A stretch of DNA of 64,000 nucleotides from Chiloscyllium plagiosum (lineage: Eukaryota): contig NC_057752.1 in the NCBI RefSeq assembly GCF_004010195.1, positions 13,485,426 through 13,549,425 on the forward strand. Reading direction: 5' to 3'. The notes beneath the pieces were generated by a model, which ran no database searches, had not been told where the DNA came from, and saw only the letters and a list, made by a program, of their open reading frames with translations. This document shows, one piece after another, positions 13,436-25,362 of this stretch. A program made the translations under genes and the position numbers. Within the stretch, counting starts at the first letter, position 1; each line of letters opens with the position of its first letter.

Positions 13436-13632
13436 CTAGTCCTTGACCATACACTTAAACCTGTTTTTCAAGTAAAACAGCCTTTGTTTAAGCTGGACAT
13501 TAGCCTCTGATGACTTGGGGTATCGGAATTCTTTGTAGGTTTTCTCGTTTTCATCAACACTGCTCCAGGGCAGTTTGATCTTGGTGGCGTGGTCTACAGT
13601 GACATCATCACAAGAGCCAACATGAAGAATGC
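13436..13632 (-). CDS. B4GALNT1: Second B4GALNT1-like terminal exon (copy B), 5' end lost in a gap: ILHVGSCDDVTVDHATKIKLPWSS...RYPKSSE...LFYLKNRFKCMVKD*
   Basis: Open frame from the gap edge to TAG at 13436-13438. Aligns without gaps to the copy A last exon (31/63 identities, counted by hand). Confidence 0.9.
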
Positions 13633-14131
13633 NNNNNNNNNNNNNNNNNNNNNNNNNNNNNNNNNNNNNNNNNNNNNNNNNNNNNNNNNNNNNNNNNNNN
13701 NNNNNNNNNNNNNNNNNNNNNNNNNNNNNNNNNNNNNNNNNNNNNNNNNNNNNNNNNNNNNNNNNNNNNNNNNNNNNNNNNNNNNNNNNNNNNNNNNNNN
13801 NNNNNNNNNNNNNNNNNNNNNNNNNNNNNNNNNNNNNNNNNNNNNNNNNNNNNNNNNNNNNNNNNNNNNNNNNNNNNNNNNNNNNNNNNNNNNNNNNNNN
13901 NNNNNNNNNNNNNNNNNNNNNNNNNNNNNNNNNNNNNNNNNNNNNNNNNNNNNNNNNNNNNNNNNNNNNNNNNNNNNNNNNNNNNNNNNNNNNNNNNNNN
14001 NNNNNNNNNNNNNNNNNNNNNNNNNNNNNNNNNNNNNNNNNNNNNNNNNNNNNNNNNNNNNNNNNNNNNNNNNNNNNNNNNNNNNNNNNNNNNNNNNNNN
14101 NNNNNNNNNNNNNNNNNNNNNNNNNNNNNNN
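13633..14131. other. Assembly gap (others at 22051-22105, 42718-43217 and 61698-62197)
   Basis: Runs of N; three are ~500 nt, which suggests placeholder sizes. Confidence 0.99.
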
Positions 14132-14292
14132 NTAATCCAAACCTCCAACTCCCCCTCAATGCCATTCCTGAAGAAGGGCTTATGCCCGAAACGTCGATTC
14201 TCCTGCTCCTTGGATGCTGCCTGACCTGCTGCACTTTTCCAGCAACACATTTTCAGCTCTGATCTCCAGCATCTGCAGTCCTCACTTTCTCC
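14132..14292 (+). mobile_element. Penelope-like pLTR (family A) with a hammerhead core at 14164-14199
   Basis: attc CTGAAGA a gggc ttat gccc GAAA cGTC gatt. Confidence 0.8.
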
Positions 14293-14294
14293 TC

Positions 14295-14810
14295 CACTTC
14301 TGGTCGTCCTGTTATAGGAAGGATATTATTAAACTGGAGAGGGTTCAGAAGAGATTTACCAGGATGTTGCTGGGATTGGAGGGACTGAGTTAGAAGGAGA
14401 GGCTGTACAGGCTGGGACTATTTTCACTGGAGTGTAGGAAGTTAAGGTATGACTTTAGAGATTTATAACATCATGAGGGAGAATGGCTGGTGCCTTTTCC
14501 TTAGGTTGGCGGGTTTCAAGACTAGGGTTCATATTTTTAAGGTGAGAGGAAAAAGTTTTAAAAAAAGATATGAGGGGTAATTTTTTTACACAGAGTGTGA
14601 TTTGTGTGTGGAATGAACTTCCTGAGGAAGTGGTGGATGTGGGGATAGTTACAATGTTTCAAAGATATTTGGATAAGGACAGGAATAGGAAAGGGTTGGA
14701 GGGAGATGGGCCAGGAGCAGGCAGGTGGGACTAGTTTAGTTTGGGATTAGGGTCGGCACGGACTGGTTGGGCCGAAGGGTCTGTTTCCATGCTGTATAAC
14801 TCTCTGACTC
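14295..14810 (+). mobile_element. CR1 (HER1-like) 3' fragment
   Basis: ctggagagggttcagaagagatttaccaggatg plus tail. Confidence 0.88.
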
Positions 14811-17800
14811 AGGGTTTTACACTAATTGACAGTGGTTATATAGTTGCCTTCAGGCTACATTTTATTCCAGATTTTTTAATGAATTATCCCAGGGTTCTGG
14901 ATTATAGGGGCAGTGACTTTACTACTGTATCACTGCCTCCCCCAATCATGTGATGTTACCATTGCGCTAAGTTGACACATCGTGTTTGATTCAGAACAGA
15001 ACTGCTAGCTCAAACCTGAACGCCCATGAGGTGTTGTGAGCAGAGAGCAGAACTGTATTCAATCACAATCTGTCACCTCGTGAGCTGACACATCCCGCAC
15101 TCTACCACTTGTCAGGCCATGAGGTCAACCCTAGACCGATGAGCAGGAGCAGCACCAGGCATAACTAAAAGTCATGTGAAGCTTCAATGTTTTTTAGGCA
15201 AAGATTGATTTTTGAACAGTAAAGGGTTACGGTGAGAGGGTGGGTGAGTGGAGCTGAGGCCATGAAAGGGATCAGCTATGATTGTATTGAATGGCAGAGC
15301 AGGCTGGAAGGGCCAGATGTCCTAGTTCCTCTGTTCTTATGTGCTTGGGTTCCAAACAGTGGAAGCCACATCGATCGTGGACAATGAAAGAACCCCACTG
15401 CTAGAGGCTCCGCAAACATCCACAGTCCCAATGAGGGGGGAAGCCCAACACCTGAGTGCGAAAAACTAGACTGAAATGTTTGCAACAGTCTTCAGCCAGA
15501 AGTGGATAATCCATCGCAGCCTCCTCCAGAGGTCTCCGCATTATAGATACCAGTCTTCAGTAGTTAAGGGAATGGTTCTGAAAGAGTTAATACTGAAATC
15601 GCATTAGTTCCACCCACCCTGATGGCTTCACTCTGCCTTTGGGTGAAGAAATAGCTTGTCTTCCACAAGGGCCCAATGGAGACAGATGTGACATACCTGC
15701 CCCCTGATAATTGCAATGGTGTCCAACTATTATTATCATGCAATAGACTATACCCTGTTCTGTAGGATAAGTACCTCTTCTTGTTAAGACTCTCTAGTGG
15801 TCCATTCTCTGCCACTGATAACTATACAGGCCCACAGTCTCAGCATAAAAAGGAGGATTGGTAGCTACTAGTGGTCACAGAGTCCTCCAATCATACGGCA
15901 TCGAAACAGACCCTTCAGTCCAACTTGTCCATGCTGACCAGTTATCCTCAATTAATCTAGTGCCATTTCCCAGAATATGGCCCATATCCCTCTAAACCCT
16001 TTCCATTCATGGCCCCATCCAGATGCCTTTTCACTGTTGTAGTTGTACCCACCTCCACCACTTCCTCTGCACCCGACAATGTGGCAAATTGCCCAGGTAT
16101 GTCCTGTACACTAAAAGCAGGACAAATCCAACCCGGCCAATTACCGCTCCATCAGTCTACTCTTGGTCAAAAGTAAAATGATGGAAGGTGCTGTTGACAG
16201 TGAGAGACTGCAATACCCTGCTCAGTGACGCCCAGGTTGGGTTCCGCCAGGGTCACTGAGCTCCTGACCTCATTACAGCCTTGGTTCAAACATGGACAGA
16301 AGAGCATCTCATAAAATAATAAAAACTAATTGAGTGACTGGGATAAGACATCACTAATGGAAATTCACTTCTGGGTTTCCATTCGTGGACCTTTTCCCAG
16401 GAACTTAAAATCCAAGCTATTATTTCAGTGAGTGCTTAATGCATAGAACAGGCTGCACTGGGAGTTAGTGGAAGTAGGGTTGTATTGTGGGAAATCAGTT
16501 GATGAAGGATACAACTACAAGTGTTCTTTGCTCGCTGTTAGAAGCATTTAGTTACATGGTCACACATTACACACCCAACCCAATGACCAAGGCTTTCATC
16601 TCTCCCTGTTTATAGGGGCTTGAATGAATCCCCATCACTCACATGCATTTAAGTGCAGAAACAGTTATTGGGCTGTAATGGTAGTGTTGTTAACTCTGGA
16701 TCAGGTGGCCCTGGTTCAAGTTCCACCTCAGGAAGTGACGGTCACATACATGTGTCTGTCCTACCCGACTCGTTTAACAGCCTATCAGTTCTGAAGAAGA
16801 ATCGTACCCGTCTCAAAGTATTAACTCTGCTTCTCTTTCTGCAGATGCTGCCAGACCTGCTGAGTTTCTCCATTTTTGTTTTAAAGATGTTCGCCATCCG
16901 CAGTGTTCAGCTTGGATTATTGATCGTATCTGCTTGTGTATCAGCCCAATTTATACGTGCCCAGTATGTGATAAATGCAAACTTACGTCATTCATCAACT
17001 GCAGTAAGAGTTGCAGCTCACGGCTGGAGGATGGCCTGTGAGTCTATACAGCAAAGTTGTACCTATTAGCCTAATCAAACTGTTCTGGGATTTTAAGACA
17101 GGGTGGAATTTGAACCTGGTATCTCCTGGCGCAGTGGTAGAGACACTATCGCTGCCCCCCAAGGCTTAGCCTAAGCAAAGCTGTGCCCCTGCTGGTGTCA
17201 GAAGATGAAGATATGCTGATTGAGGTCAGCCTTTAGCTGCAGGGCAGATGAGTGTTTTATAATGATTTTAAATGACACTTAAATGCTTTTAAACTTTTTA
17301 ACGAAGCTTAAAAAGTGTCATCAAATTTTGAACACTAGGGGGGGATCATTTTGGCCTGAATTTTCAACAGGATCTGCAAATCTTTAATGGACTTCAGAAA
17401 TCGAAAGACTTTAAAAAATCTATTAAAAAAAAAACATTCTGTCCTAATTTTGCATAAGTAGCACACACATTTCCATTCCACGACCTCCCAGTTCTCACTC
17501 AGTCTGGGACCACCTTGAAACTGTCAAGCGTGTATCCTGGTCTGTCTAAAGAAATTAGAATTTATAATCCTCATAACACCACAAACGTAAAGTTCGTTTG
17601 GAAAATGAGTGATTTGCAATCTCCCTGGAACTTCTGTCCAATTTGTTCTAATGAATCAAGTGACCATTTAGATGAACATAATGCATACATGATAGCTCCA
17701 GAGCAACACTAATCAATAATGTCTTTATCAGTGATAATGGAAAATAGACTCCAGGAAATTGATTCTCCTGATAGAGAATAAGCACTATTTTCACATTATC

Positions 17801-18104
17801 ATGGTTTTACGATTTGAATACTAACCACTGAAGGTTAAGTACTAATGCATACTTTAAAATCTATAATTGTTGCAGCTCTATAGCCACCTGATCTCCACCT
17901 GTGTTTGAACAATTGCTAACTATAAGTTCTTTATCAATATCTCTTATCAATTTAGTTCTGAAGATGAGTCACTGGACCCGAATTTTTCACTCTGCTTTCT
18001 CTCCACAGATGCTGCCAGACCTGTTGAGCTTTTCCAGAAATTTCTGTTTTTGTATCAATTCTTTGTGTTATTTTTATTTCTGAATAGAATGTGCATGTCA
18101 TTGT

Positions 18105-19290
18105 CCAGAATTTTGACGTAGCAACAGAACAGTAGTATATTTCCAGGTCAGGATGGTGTGGGGCTCGGAGGGGAACTTGCAGGGGGTGGTTTTCCCATGT
18201 ATCTGCTGCCCTTGTCCTTCTAGATGGAAGTGAGTCATGGGTTTGGAAGGTGCTGTCTGAGGATCTTTGGTGAATTTCAGCAGCGCATCTTGTAGATGGG
18301 ACACACTGCTGTTACTGAGCATCGGTGGAGGATGTGGTGCTAATCAAGGGGGCTGCTTTGTCCTGGATGATGTCAAACTTCTTGAGGGTTGTTGGAGCTG
18401 CCCCCATCCAGGCAAGTGGGGAGTATTCCATCACACTCCTGACTTGTGCCTTGTTGATGGTGGATAGGCTTTGGGGAGTCAGAAAGTGAGTTACCTTCTG
18501 CAGGATTCCCAGCTTTTGACCTGCTCACGTAGCCACAGTATTTCTATGGCTAGTCCAGTTGAGTTTCTGATCGATGGTATTCCCCCAGGATAGTGGTAAC
18601 ACCATTGAATGTCATGGGATGATGGTTAGATTCTGTCTTATTGGAGATGGTCATAGCCTGGCATTTCTGTGGTTTGAACGTTACTTGCCATATTTGTCAG
18701 CCCAACCCTGGATATTATCCAGATCTTGTTGTATTTGAACATGAACTGCTTCAGTATCTGAGGAGTTGCGAATGGTGCTGAACACTGTGCAATCATCAGC
18801 GAACATCCCCCACTTCTGACCTTATGATGGAGGGAAGGTCATTGATGAAGCAGCTGAAGATGGTTGGGCCTAGGACACTACCCTGAGGAGCTCCTGCAGA
18901 GATGTCCTGGAGCTGAGATGACTGACCTCCACCAACCACAACCATCTTCCTATGTGCCAGGTATGACTCCAACCAGCGGAGAGTTTGTCCCCTGATGCCC
19001 AATGATTCCAGTTTTGCCAGGGCTCCTTGATGCCACACTCGGTCGAATGCTGCCTTGATGTCAAGGGCTGTCCCTCTCCCCTCCCTTCTGGAGTTCAGCT
19101 CTTTTGTCCATGTTTGAACCAAGGCTGTAATGAGGTCAGGAGCTGAGTGACCCTGGTGGGACCCAAACTGGGTGTCACTGAGCAGGGTATTGCTGAGCAG
19201 GTGCTGCTTGATAGCACTGTTGGTGACACCTTCCATCACTTTCCTGATGATCGAGAGAAGACCGATGGGGCGGTAATTGGCCGGGTGTGT
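18105..19290 (-). mobile_element. Second LINE family (CR1/L2 group), RT domain to 3' region
   Basis: ORF 18796-19395: [53 protein letters not shown]. Related pieces at ~16075-16300 (+) and 31600-32810 (-). Confidence 0.9.
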
Positions 19291-19539
19291 GATGGAAGAA
19301 CAGTGACATGTAGGAGTCTGGGAAGAGAGATGTAACAGTCTGTGCGAGAGACAGATGTACTGACTGGGAAGTGTCGAACATGCGACAGCACACATAAAGG
19401 AATTTTGAGGAAATCTATTGGAGCCGGATGTTAGTCACACACAGGCAGAGGGAAACCTTCCCATCCAGTGCAGGCCGCAAGTTACCTGAAGAGAGATCCA
19501 AATACTATTCAATTTGGAACCAGGCCATAAGACTATGGT

Positions 19540-19752
19540 TGAAACTTTATTGCTGGAACAGCACAGCAGGTCAGGCAGCATCCAGGGAACAGGAGATTCG
19601 ACGTTTCGGGCACAGGCCCTTCTTATTCCTGAAGAAGGGCCTGTGCCCGAAACGTCGAATCTCCTGTTCCCTGGATGCTGCCTGACCTGCTGTGCTGTTC
19701 CAGCAATAAAGTTTCAACTTTGATCTCCAGCATCTGCAGACCTCACTTTCTC
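19540..19752 (+). mobile_element. Penelope-like insertion (family A): inverted plus direct pLTR forming a perfect 87-bp-arm palindrome, with a 15-bp TSD
   Basis: Arms 19538-19624 and 19632-19718, loop attcctg. ccataagactatggt at 19525-19539 and 19753-19767. Confidence 0.88.
19625..19660 (+). ncRNA. Minimal type I hammerhead ribozyme motif
   Basis: Stem I AUUC/GAAU, CUGAAGA, extra A, stem II GGGC-CUGU-GCCC, GAAA, loopless palindromic stem III ACGU, and a GUC triplet (predicted cut after 19656). Confidence 0.75.
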
Positions 19753-20014
19753 CCATAAGACTATGGTGTTCAAAGTTAAGCTTATTTCAGTAACTTTCGT
19801 ACCTTATGGGACAATATAATAAGATTACAAATTATTCCCACCGACTGTTTGATTAAATATCATTTTGACAAGTGATATAGATAGGTTGAGTGAGTGGGCA
19901 AAAACTTGGCAGATGGAGTTTAAAAAAGTATGAGTATGATTTTTAAAGTATGAGTATGAGTATGATTTTAAAAGTATGATTCTTCCCACTTTAGTGGGCA
20001 CACAACTACGAGGA

Positions 20015-23000
20015 TTCTGGGTAATCCAAGATGGAGGACGGGAAAAATTTGTGGCTGTAACAGCTACTCCTTTTTTGAGGTATTTTAGGTGTTGGAGGTG
20101 ATTTCCTCGAATTCCAGGAACAGCAATTACTGTTTTATATACTGTTGCATTGTTTTGGAACTTTGGAGGGAAAAAACGAGTCAAAGCAATGGCACTTTTA
20201 AAAGGGAGAAGGACAGACAAATGGACAGTGAGGGATAGAGAGAGAGAGAAAGAAACCCACACTGCTAACTGACACAGCAGAGAACCTGCACAGTTACTGC
20301 CTTTGCTGTTTGAATTCACGTATCACTGGACATTACAATGCATCTAGGAAGCCTTCACAAACAGCAAAATTCACAACTGATCTAGGAGGAACTGTTTGGG
20401 AGAATTCACAGAACAGGAACAGATAAGTGTATAATTTTAAGTGTAGCCTTGCTGTAAATCTACAATAGTGAGTAGAGTGGGTTCTTTCTTGATTATATGT
20501 TTTATTGAGATCTGTGTCTTGATTAAAGTTTAAAAATATAAGGCATAAATATTAAGTTAGCCTGGAGCAGTGTTGAATATAGCAATAAGACGGTGCTGTT
20601 TTCTGGGTCTGTAGATTGGAAGGAGCAAAAATGGCCTTTAGTAAAGTGATATGCTTTTCTGGAAGTTTCGAGAGAGTTTACGTGTTACTGAGGATTATAT
20701 CTGCAATAAATGTCATTGGTTGCGAATCTTATCAAATTGAATGGATTGGTTGGAGCGACAGTTAGAGGTAATGAGGAATTTCCAAGAACTAGGGGATGTG
20801 ATGGATGGCAGTTAGAGGAAGGGAGAAAAGCCGCAGATACAGTCACATAGATGGGTTAACTCCAGGAAAGGTAAGAGAGGTAGGCAGCTAGTGCAGGAGC
20901 CTTCTGTGACTATCCCCATTTCAAACAATGCTGTTTCGGAAAATATAGGGGGTGATGGACTTTCAGGGGAATGTAGTGCAAACAGCCAAGTTTCTGGTAT
21001 CAAGACTGGTTCTAATGTAATGAGGGGTACATCAGGTTCCATGAGATCAATTGTGTTAGGGGACTCTCTAGTCAGGGGCACAGACAGATGGTTCTGTGGC
21101 CAGCAGCGAAAAATCAGAATGGTGTGTTGCCTCCCTGGTGCCAGGATCAAGGATGTCTCAGAGAGGGTGCAGAATGTTCTCACGGGGGAGAGGGGCCAGC
21201 AGGAGGTCATTGTACACTTTTGTACCAATGACATAGGAAGGGAAAAGGATGAGATTCTGAAGGGAGAATATAGAAAGTTAGGCAGGAATTTAAAAAGGAG
21301 GTCCTCAAGGATGGTAATATCTGGATTACTCCCGGTGCTACGAGCTAACTTTCCAAACATAGACTGGGACTGCCATAGTGTTAAGGGTTTAGATGGAGAG
21401 GAATTTGTTAAGTGTGTACAAGAACATTTTCTGATTCAGTATGTGGATGGACCTACGATAGAGAAGGTGCAAAACTTGACCTACTCTTGGGAAATAAGGC
21501 AGGGCAAGTGATTGAGGGTGTCTGTGGGGGAGCACTTTGGGGCCAGAGATCATAATTCTATTAGATTTAAAATAGTGATGGAAAAGGATAGGCCAGATCT
21601 AAAAGTTGAAGTTCTAAATTGGAGAAAGGCCAATTGTGACGGTATCAGGCAAGAACTTTCGAAAGCTGATTGGGGGCAGATGTTCGCAGGTAAAGGGACG
21701 GCTGGAAAATGGGAAGCCTTCAGAAATGAGATAACGAGAGTCCAGAGAAAGTATATTCCTGTCAGGGTGAAAGGGAAGGCTGGTAGGTATAGGGAATGCT
21801 GGATGACTAAAGAAATTGAGGGTTTGGTTAAGAAAAAGAAGGAAGCATATGTCAGATATAGACAGGATAGATCGGGTGAATCCTTAGAAGAGTATAAAGA
21901 AAGTAGGAGTATACTTAAGAGGGAAATCAGGAGGGCAAAAAGGGGACATGAGATAGCTTTGGTAAATAGAATTAAGAAGAATCCAAAGGGTTTTTACAAA
22001 TATATTAAGGACAAAAGGGTAACTAGGGAGAGAATAGGGCCCCTCAAAGANNNNNNNNNNNNNNNNNNNNNNNNNNNNNNNNNNNNNNNNNNNNNNNNNN
22101 NNNNNAGTCAGTCGCCTGAGGCAGGAATTGAACCTGGGTCTCTGACGCTGCGAGGCAGCAGTGCTAACCACTGTACCACCGTGCCGCCCACCATTGGAGT
22201 TGTTGGAGGGAATCATGAGGGACAGGATGTATATGTATTTGGAAAGGTAAGAACTGATTCAGGATAGTCAACATGGCTTTGTGCGTGGGAAATGATGTCT
22301 CACAAACTTGATTGAGTTTTTTGAAGAAGTAACAAAGAGGATTGATGAGGGCAGAGCGGTAGATGTGATCTACATGGACTTCAGTAAGGCATTCGACAAG
22401 GTTCCCCATGGGAGACTGGTTAGCAAGGTTAGATCTCATGGAATACAGGGAGGACTAGTCATTTGGACACAGAACTGGCTCGAAGGTAGAAGACAGAGGG
22501 TGGTGGTGGAGGGTTGTTTTTCAGACTGGAGGCCTGTGACCAGTGGAGTGTCACAAGGATCGGTGCTGGGTCCACTGCTTTTCGTCATTTATATAAATGA
22601 TTTGGATGTGGGTATAGTTAGTAAGTTTGCAGATGATATCAAAATTGAAGGCGTAATGGCCAGTGAAGAAGGGTTACCTCAGATTACGACAGTATCTTGA
22701 TCAGATGGACCATTGGGCTGAGAAGTGGCAGATGGAGTTTAATCTAGATAAATGCGAGGTACTGCATTTTGGGAAAGCAAATCTTAGCAGGACTTATACA
22801 CTTAACTGTAAGGTCCTGAGGAGTGTGGCTGAACAAAGAGACCTTGGAGTGCAGGTTCATAGCTCCTTGAAAGTGGAGTCGCAGGTAGATAGGATAGTGA
22901 AGAAGGTGTTTGGTATACTTTCCTTTATTGGTCACAGTATTGAGTACAGGAGTTGGGAGGTCATGTTGCTGTTGTACAGGACATTGGTTAGGCCACTTTT

Positions 23001-23370
23001 GGAACATTGCATACAATTGTGATCTCCTTCCTATCAGTAGGATGTTGTGAAACGTGAAAGAGTTCAGAAAAGATTTACAAGGATGTTCCCAGTGTTGGAG
23101 GATTTGAGCTACAGGGAGAGGCTAAATATGCTGGGGCTGTTTTCCCTGGTACACCACATGCAGAGGGTGTTGCGTGTATGGAATGAGTTACCAGAGGAAG
23201 TGGCAGAGGCTGGCACAATTGCAACATTTAAAAGGTATCTGGATGGGTATATGAATAGGAAAGGGGTTAGAGGGATATGAGCCGGGTGCTGGCAAATGGG
23301 ACTAGGTTAGGTTGGGATGTCTGGTCGGCATGGACCAAAGGGTCTGTTTCCATGCTGTACATCTCTATTA
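20015..23370 (+). mobile_element. Near full-length CR1 (HER1-like) LINE: 5' UTR, ORF1 with SGNH esterase, internal deletion, ORF2 RT and tail; contains a gap and an HE1 insertion (22106-22190)
   Basis: IVLGDSLVRGTD..VCCLPGARIKDV..VIVHFCTNDIG (esterase), NFPNIDWD and DHNSIRF (late APE), [18 protein letters not shown] and KFADD (RT). Confidence 0.93.
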
Positions 23371-23379
23371 TTGTAATTA

Positions 23380-24125
23380 TTTGAACGAAGAGAGAGAGAC
23401 TCCAAAACAGTGCTGTGCAGAGGGATCTGGGTGTTCTTGTGCATAAAACAGCAAACAGTCAGCATGTGTGTGCAGCGAATAGTTAAGACTGGAAATGGAA
23501 TTTTGGCATTTACTACTAGAGGTGTGGAGTTTAAATACAAGGAGGTCTTGTTACGACAGTAAGGGTGTTGGTGAGGCCACACCTAGACTTCTGTCCCTGT
23601 ATTTCAGAAAGGATGGACTGGTATTGAGGCAGTTCCAAACAGGTTCACTCAGCCGATTCCTGGGCTGGAGGCATTGACTGATCAAGAACAGCTAAAGAGG
23701 TTAGGCCTTTATTCATTAGAGTTTAGAGGAATGAGGGTGATCTTAATAAAACAGATACAATTCTGAGGAGGGGGGGTAACAGGGAAGATATTGAGATGTT
23801 TCCCCTCATGTGGGAATCTCAAACTGGGGGAGCAGTTACAGAATAGGGGTTAAAACTGAGAGGTGAAGGAATTTCTTCTTCCAGGGAATGTCTGGAATTC
23901 TCTATCACTGCCCCCACCCCAGAGAGTTGTGGAGGCTTGATCACAGAAAGTATTTAAAGAGGAGGGAGGGAGATGGATGTGTGAAAAGCTGGGGAGTTGA
24001 GGGCTATCAGGAGCTGGCAGTGAAGAGGCGTTGAGCCTAGGGGCAGATTCACCACGGTCTTGTTGAATGGTGGGGGCAGGTTCGAGGGGCTGAATGGCCT
24101 TCTCCTGCCCCTATTTCTTATGGCA
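23380..24125 (+). mobile_element. Older CR1 subfamily 3' fragment (similar decayed pieces at ~5200-6200, ~7850-8110, ~25650-26990, ~27620-27830 and ~35795-36125)
   Basis: QRDLG-type motifs and an aatggcct(a/t)ctcctgctcct tail. Confidence 0.75.
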
Positions 24126-24824
24126 GTAACATTTGATCATAGCCATGTTTAATTAATAACATACAATATCACCTTTTCAGAGACTGCAAATGTGTTGCCT
24201 ATCTGGAACCAGCTGCACTCTTTTCTCAAGGAGCTAATATGTAGCTGGTCTTTGGCTTGCTTCAGTGCTGGCAAAATTGCCAGATGCTGGCAATTACTGA
24301 GCAGACAATTACTTATGTTATATAATATTTTAGTGTCGTGTAAATCAAAGACAAGATCAGGATCTGTACTCAGGAGAAATTGTGTCTCCGAAAACTGGGA
24401 TTCGTTAGCATTATTGCTTCCACATTAACATTCTTTCATGGGATATGTCAAGGACAGCATTTCTAACCCCTTCCCAGTTGCTCCTCAAACTGAGTAGCTC
24501 ACTCAGCCATTTCAGAGAGCAGTTAAGATCCAACCCCATTGCTCTGGGTCTGGAGTCACATGTAGGCCAGACTAAGTAAGGACGGCAGATTTCCTTCCCT
24601 AAAGGATATTAGTGAACTAGATAGGGTCAATTGACAATGGTGTCATGGTTGTCATTAAGGCTAACTTGTAATTTTGGATTAATCTTGTTGGAATTTTGAA
24701 CCTGTGTCCTAGAGAGTAGTTTACACACTCTGTATATGAAAGTTTAGCAACACACCTACTATGCTGCCATTTCTTCTCCCTCCTGCTTATCCCCTCCTTG
24801 GATATCAGAATTTTACCCGGAGAA

Positions 24825-25362
24825 TGAGATATAGAGTCATTGAGATGTACAGCACGGAAACAGACCCTATAGTCCAACTTGTCCATGCTGACCAGATATC
24901 CTAAATTAATCTCGTCCCATTTGCCAGCACTTGGCCCAAAACCCTCTAAACCTTTCCTATTCATATACCCATCCAGATGCCTTTTAAATGTTGTAACTGT
25001 ACCAGCCTCCACCATTTCCTCTGGCAGCTCATTCCATACACTTACCACCCTCTGCGTGAAAAAGGTGTGCCCCTCAGGTCCCTTTTAAATCTTTCCCCTC
25101 TCACCATAAACCTATACCCTCTAGTTCTGGACTCCCCCACACCAGGGAAAAGACATTGTCTATTAACCCTAACCGCGCCCCTCATGATTTTATAAACCTC
25201 TATAAGGTCACCCCTCAGCCTCCGATGCTCCAGGGAAAACAGCCCCAGCCTGTTCAGCCTCTCCCTGTAGCTCAAACCCTCCAACCCTGGCAACATCCTT
25301 GTAAATCTTTCTGAACCCTTTCAAGTTTCACAAAATCCTTCCTATAGCAAGGAGACCAGAAT
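24825..25362 (-). mobile_element. CR1 (HER1-like) 3' fragment
   Basis: GLSYRERLNRLGLFSLEHRRLRGDLIEVYKIM. Confidence 0.9.

Noticed and set aside
13589..14250. Long ORFs spanning N runs (also 42637-43346 and 61500-62321)
   Set aside because: Artefacts of translating gaps; only the 13436-13632 part is real coding sequence.
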